Shown here one piece after another: positions 59,049 to 64,000 of a DNA stretch of 64,000 nt. Source of the DNA: a bacterium. GTDB lineage: Bacteria > Patescibacteriota > Patescibacteriia > UBA9570. Made by a program: the position numbers and the translations under genes. The notes under the pieces are model-generated. The model ran no database searches, had not been told where the DNA came from, and was given only the letters and a program-made list of their open reading frames with translations. The stretch covers positions 4,179-68,178 of the forward strand of contig JAUYKW010000025.1 of NCBI GenBank assembly GCA_030698395.1, given 5' to 3'. The number at the start of each line of letters is the position of its first letter. Within the stretch, counting starts at the first letter, position 1.

Positions 59049-62000
59049 ATGAATTTTTATTATTGGAAAAAGTTATTAAGATTTACAGCACTTCTTTTGA
59101 GTATGGCTATTTTCTTTGCAATATCTTCCCCCGTTCATGCAGCTATAGTAACTTGGGATGGTGGCGGAACAACTGGTACATGCGGAGCTGGCAACGAAAA
59201 TAATTTCAATTGTAAAGAAAACTGGTTAGGTGATGTTGCACCAACAAGTACTGATTTTGCAGCTTTCGATGGAACATCTACCAAAGATGTAATTATAGCA
59301 GATGGTATTAGTATATATGGAATTGATATTAACTCAGGATACACTGGAACGATAACTCAAAACGCAGGAGTGGTTTTTCCAAATTTTGGAGGCGGAAATG
59401 GTTTTGAGCAAGCTGATGGCACTTATACGATTAATTCTGCCAGCTATTTTGAATCTAGAAAATCATTCGTACTATCTGGTGGTACATTTAATGCATCCTC
59501 TGGGACAACCCAACTTGGCCATAGTCTCACAATTACTGGTGGTACATTTAATCATAATTCTGGGACATTACTTTTTCAAAATTCAATAAATAATTCAGTA
59601 TATTCGTGTAACAATACTGTATTCAATACAATTACACTATCTCGTAGCACTGGTACAAGTACCATTGGCAGTGATTGTACGTTTCCGCTCGGAGATTCCC
59701 CGACTTCATCAGGTTACATAACAAATAACGGAGTTATTCAAATCACCTCAGGCAACTGGAGTCACACAACTGGAACTATGGATAATTACGGGACCATTAC
59801 GGTTAACGGAACAGGGGATGTGACTTTATCTGGCATATTTTATAACCGAACCAGTGCCATCTTATCAATGGATGGAAGCAATATTACTTTTAATTCAGAC
59901 ATTAACATTGATTCAGCTAGTACATTCCCAGCAAGTTTGAATGTAACTTTCGGTGGAAGTACATCATCTAGTTTATATTGTGGTAATAAAGTATTTAGCT
60001 CAGCCACAATAAATAAATCTTATTATTACAATGCGATTCAAGTTCGTACTGGCTGTACCTTGCCACTAGGCAATTCTCCAAGCACTAAAGGTCTAATTCA
60101 AAATTTCGCAACTATTAATATTGGTACAGGCACATGGACTCATGACGGAGAATATAATGGTAAGCCTACTGGAAATCTAAACTTTGATGGAACTACAATA
60201 AATTTTTCAGGATCATATATTTCTGAAATGGGAAGTAATAAATTTGTAGCTCCTGCACTTACAACTGTTACTGTTTTTGGCGGATTTCGTGACGACAATA
60301 ATGCTATGCCAGACGGTGTAGATTTAACATTTACTGCTGTAGGAACAGCCTATCAAGCTCTTCAGGGATCAGGTGGAATAATATTTGGATCTGTAACAAT
60401 AGAAGGAGCCGGACAAGTACAATTAGCTGGTGTAAAAACTGGTGATCTTTATATCAACGGCACAACATGGGTGCCTCCTGTTTTACTTCCAGTAATCGCA
60501 ACTGGAAATGTAATTATTGGTAGTGGTGGCAAATTAACCGGATATGAGTTGAGGCTTCAAGGATCTGCAGATCAAACTATTGCTGTAAATGGTGGAACTT
60601 TTGATTCGCAAATTAATATCAATAAAACCGGCGGAACTGTAAAACCAATCACAGATATTTCAACATCTGAAGCATGTACTGTTGCAGAAAAAACTATTGA
60701 TCTTGATGGCAAAAATTATATCTGTGGATCCCTCACAATCCAAGATGGCGGTGTCCTCCGTATGCACGGATCCGAAACCGTTACCACTCCCACACTTAAT
60801 ACAGGATCATCTGTAATTTATAGTGGCGATGGTGACACAGTCAACGATAGCTACACCATTTATGATTGGGCCTACAAACATCTCACCATTGATGCCGCCG
60901 ATCCACAAGACTCTTTTAATTGCGCTCCTGCAGGTGGATTAGAAGGAGATTTTGAAAGCGGTGTACCTCCTACAGGATGGACTACCGGTGGCGACACTTC
61001 CTGGACTCAAGATACTACAACATATAATGAAGGATCAGCGTCTGCTAATACTGGCGCAATCACACACGGCCAAGAAACTTGGATCAAGCGTGTATATGCA
61101 CCTGCCACGAACGTTAGTATAGATTTTGAATGGAAAGTTTCATCTGAAGAAGGTTATGACTATCTACTATTCTGTGTAGACAATGATTCCTGTACTGCAG
61201 AAACAGGATATACAGAAAGAATATCTGGAGAAGTTGACTGGACTCAAGTGACAGCAGATTTAACCGCTGGATCTCACTCTTTAGTTTGGAAATATGTTAA
61301 AGATGACTCACATGACGGTGGTACAGATGAAGGTTGGATCGATAATGTAGGTGAGCTTTTCTATGACATTAATGTAGACCAGAACATGGTAGTGCAAAGC
61401 GGAATATTTAAAGCTCCAGGCAACCTTATAATTGGTGGCAATCTAGATACTTCATCTGGAACCTTTTATCATAAAGGAGCTGAGGTATTTTTCGATGATA
61501 CCTCACAAACTTCAGTTATTACGGGCACGGAATTTTATGATCTAACAATCACCACTCCCGGAAAAGTAATTACCTTCAATGCTGGTGATACCAAAACTGT
61601 AAATGGTCACCTAACCGTTACCGGTACCGCTGGCAATCTAATTAGACTACAAAGCTCTGCTGGCGGATCTCCCTGGTATCTCAACTCACTGGGTAGCCAC
61701 GATGTATCTTATGCAAACGTTTCAGACTCTGATGCATCTGGTGGTAAAGAAATCTGTGCCAAGAACTCAACTGATTCAACTGGTAATACTAACTGGGATT
61801 TCACTTGTGCCAATCAAACCCCAACCGCAAACGATCAAACTATCAACGTAACTGAAGAATTAGCTCGAGCTATTACACTATCTGGAAACGATCCCGAAGG
61901 ATCTCCTCTTAACTACACAGTCCTCACTAACCCAACCAAAGGCGTTCTTTCTGGAACCGCACCTAATCTAACCTACACTCCAGCTACTAACTTAACCGGA

Positions 62001-64000
62001 ACTGACTCATTCACTTTTCGAGTAAATGATGGCACCCTCAATAGTGCTACTGCAACTATCACTTTAAATATTTCAAATGTTAATGATGCTCCGGTTGCAT
62101 ATAACCAGAGCACCTCAACAAACGAAGATACAGCAAAAGTTATCACTATTCTTTCTAACGATATTGAAAATGATGCTCTCACATATTCCATAGTTTCCAA
62201 TCCAACTCACGGTATTCTTTCTGGAACTGGCAATAAAAGAACATACACTCCGGCTAAAAACTACAATGGTTCAGATTCCTTCACTTTCAAAACCAATGAC
62301 GGAGAATATAATAGCAACACTGCAACAGTAAGTTTAACCGTCAATGCAATCAATGATGCACCAACTGTAAATGCCCAAGTTATAACTGTAATTGAAGATA
62401 CACCAAAATCATTCACCCTAACTGGTAGTGATGTTGAAAATGATCCTTTAACATTTTCTGTTGCATCACAAGGCTCTAAAGGAACTGTTGCATTAATTGG
62501 AACAAATGTTACCTACACACCAAATGCAAACGCCACAGGATCTGACTCTTTCACTTTCAAAGCTAATGATGGCAAGCTCAATAGCACAACTGCCACCGTC
62601 ACTGTTACCATAACTCCAGTTAATGACACACCAAATGCTCCAACAATATTCTCACCTTGTTGTGAAGATACTACTTCTTCTTTAAAACCAACTATCTCTT
62701 GGAATGATGCCATTGATGTAGATAATACATCTGCTGAGTTGAAGTATGAAATTAGATTAGGCACAAATACAAATCCAGAGAATACCTATGACTTCACTTC
62801 AACAACCTCTAGTGGTATCACTCAAACTATTATAAACAACAACCTCTCGAACGAAACAATCTACTATTACGTTGTACGTACAATTGATCTTGACAAAAAA
62901 ACATCCTCATGGTCTACAATTCAACAATTTTATGTGAATACAGCATATCTTCCAGAATTAACATTAACCAAAGCAAGTTCTGTTAGTAATGCATCAATAG
63001 CTGTGAGAGCTGTTAATTGGTTAAATAGAGCGTTTAAAATATTACCCCTCCCAACGCAGGTTTCTGCTGCTACTGTGATAAATAATTTTGATGCACTATA
63101 TACTCTGACACATTCTCTAATTGGATTACTAATCCTAATATTAATCGCAACATCAGTTGCTATTCTGAGGCACGCCAGAAAAGTACATCATGTTGCACCT
63201 CTATTGATCGGTCATCCAGCAAATACATATGCAAAATTAGCAGAACTGAAAGAAAGTCCTGTTAAAGAAACATCCTTTTCAAGTTTTAAACAAACTCTCC
63301 AAGTTGGTAGACTTATTTTTTCAGCTGCAACTATTACTCTGTCTGCCGTCATAATCATTCAAGAATTGATTCTACCCAATTCAGTATTAGCAGAAAAGAT
63401 TATCTCTGCTTCACAGGGTGTAGTTGAACCAGGGAATGTAATTACAGTATCGCTTGATTATGAAAACACCGGAGATGGTGATGCTACATCTTCCTTTATC
63501 GCTGATTCTATTCCAAATGGAGCTAGCTTTATTGCAGGATCAGCCAGTATTAATGGAATTCCCGAGCCTGATGACAATTTCATCTCTGGATCAAGTATTT
63601 CTGCTCAAGTTGGATCTATCACGGATAGAGATGATAATACAAATAAATCAGGGACTGTTAGTTATAATATTCAGGTTAACAACCCTTACACATACACAAA
63701 TACTCTAACTCTAGCTGTTGCAACTTTAACATCAAATGAAGTTAATCCAGTCAGCTCAAACTCTCTAGCTTACGATGTAGTCTGGGGGAGTATTACCGGA
63801 ACAGTTACAAATAGTGACACCGATGCTGGGGTCAGTAATGTTCAAATTAGCTTGTTTCAAAATGGTGAGGCTATCGCTACTACTACCACAAATAATAATG
63901 GTAATTATTCTTTTGATGGAATTTCATCTGGCGATTACACATTGATTATCACTCCACCAGCAGGATATAAAACTCCTACCCACCCCTTTACTTCTCTTGA
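59049..64000 (+). CDS. Giant surface protein (>1650 aa, runs off the window; absent from the ORF track): beta-helix, tandem Ig/cadherin-like repeats, FN3-like, DUF11-like and carboxypeptidase-regulatory-like domains
   Basis: MNFYYWKKLLR..VHA-AIVTWDGGG start; VNDAPVA and NG.DSFTF..NDG repeats; segments translated by hand near the start, 62940-63560 and the window end share one frame. Confidence 0.88.
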   Translation, partial: MNFYYWKKLLRFTALLLSMAIFFAISSPVHAAIVTWDGGGTTGTCGAGNENNFNCKENWLGDVAPTSTDFAAFDGTSTKDVIIADGISIYGIDINSGYTGTITQNAGVVFPNFGGGNGFEQADGTYTINSASYFESRKSFVLSGGTFNASSGTTQLGHSLTITGGTFNHNSGTLLFQNSINNSVYSCNNTVFNTITLSRSTGTSTIGSDCTFPLGDSPTSSGYITNNGVIQITSGNWSHTTGTMDNYGTITVNGTGDVTLSGIFYNRTSAILSMDGSNITFNSDINIDSASTFPASLNVTFGGSTSSSLYCGNKVFSSATINKSYYYNAIQVRTGCTLPLGNSPSTKGLIQNFATINIGTGTWTHDGEYNGKPTGNLNFDGTTINFSGSYISEMGSNKFVAPALTTVTVFGGFRDDNNAMPDGVDLTFTAVGTAYQALQGSGGIIFGSVTIEGAGQVQLAGVKTGDLYINGTTWVPPVLLPVIATGNVIIGSGGKLTGYELRLQGSADQTIAVNGGTFDSQININKTGGTVKPITDISTSEACTVAEKTIDLDGKNYICGSLTIQDGGVLRMHGSETVTTPTLNTGSSVIYSGDGDTVNDSYTIYDWAYKHLTIDAADPQDSFNCAPAGGLEGDFESGVPPTGWTTGGDTSWTQDTTTYNEGSASANTGAITHGQETWIKRVYAPATNVSIDFEWKVSSEEGYDYLLFCVDNDSCTAETGYTERISGEVDWTQVTADLTAGSHSLVWKYVKDDSHDGGTDEGWIDNVGELFYDINVDQNMVVQSGIFKAPGNLIIGGNLDTSSGTFYHKGAEVFFDDTSQTSVITGTEFYDLTITTPGKVITFNAGDTKTVNGHLTVTGTAGNLIRLQSSAGGSPWYLNSLGSHDVSYANVSDSDASGGKEICAKNSTDSTGNTNWDFTCANQTPTANDQTINVTEELARAITLSGNDPEGSPLNYTVLTNPTKGVLSGTAPNLTYTPATNLTGTDSFTFRVNDGTLNSATATITLNISNVNDAPVAYNQSTSTNEDTAKVITILSNDIENDALTYSIVSNPTHGILSGTGNKRTYTPAKNYNGSDSFTFKTNDGEYNSNTATVSLTVNAINDAPTVNAQVITVIEDTPKSFTLTGSDVENDPLTFSVASQGSKGTVALIGTNVTYTPNANATGSDSFTFKANDGKLNSTTATVTVTITPVNDTPNAPTIFSPCCEDTTSSLKPTISWNDAIDVDNTSAELKYEIRLGTNTNPENTYDFTSTTSSGITQTIINNNLSNETIYYYVVRTIDLDKKTSSWSTIQQFYVNTAYLPELTLTKASSVSNASIAVRAVNWLNRAFKILPLPTQVSAATVINNFDALYTLTHSLIGLLILILIATSVAILRHARKVHHVAPLLIGHPANTYAKLAELKESPVKETSFSSFKQTLQVGRLIFSAATITLSAVIIIQELILPNSVLAEKIISASQGVVEPGNVITVSLDYENTGDGDATSSFIADSIPNGASFIAGSASINGIPEPDDNFISGSSISAQVGSITDRDDNTNKSGTVSYNIQVNNPYTYTNTLTLAVATLTSNEVNPVSSNSLAYDVVWGSITGTVTNSDTDAGVSNVQISLFQNGEAIATTTTNNNGNYSFDGISSGDYTLIITPPAGYKTPTHPFTSL

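Noticed and set aside
59135-63708. Short ORFs listed in the track within 59-64 kb
   Set aside because: They are shadows of one long plus-strand ORF from 59049 that has no stop in the window and was therefore not listed.

Overview
AT-rich bacterial chromosome segment. 16S signatures and gene content suggest Patescibacteria/CPR, probably Parcubacteria/ABY1-like (inference). Housekeeping genes: ftsH, rpsA, gyrA, tpiA, nusB, rnc, a short smc, rpsP, khpA, trmD, a stand-alone 16S rRNA and eight intact tRNAs, including a rare tRNA-Ile(UAU). Metabolic genes: cysK, pyrD, a near-complete his operon with a HisA-HisF fusion and a TrpR-like regulator, trxB-ccdA-dsbA and an archaeal-type PEP carboxylase. 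There are also several large surface proteins. Top observations: (1) a ~3.4-kb element integrated in tRNA-Pro whose large serine recombinase appears to swap its C-terminal tail on integration/excision (15 aa from tRNA antisense vs a 42-aa open frame behind an 8-bp TCCCCGAC repeat); it also carries a structured leader RNA and a small ORF that would be re-coupled on circularisation. (2) A 30-bp double-hairpin element sits at exactly CAGTT^GG (tRNA position 17/18) in broken upstream copies of three different tRNAs. (3) A conserved four-way-junction motif abuts the 5' end of both tRNA-Ile genes. All calls were made by eye, without database searches.
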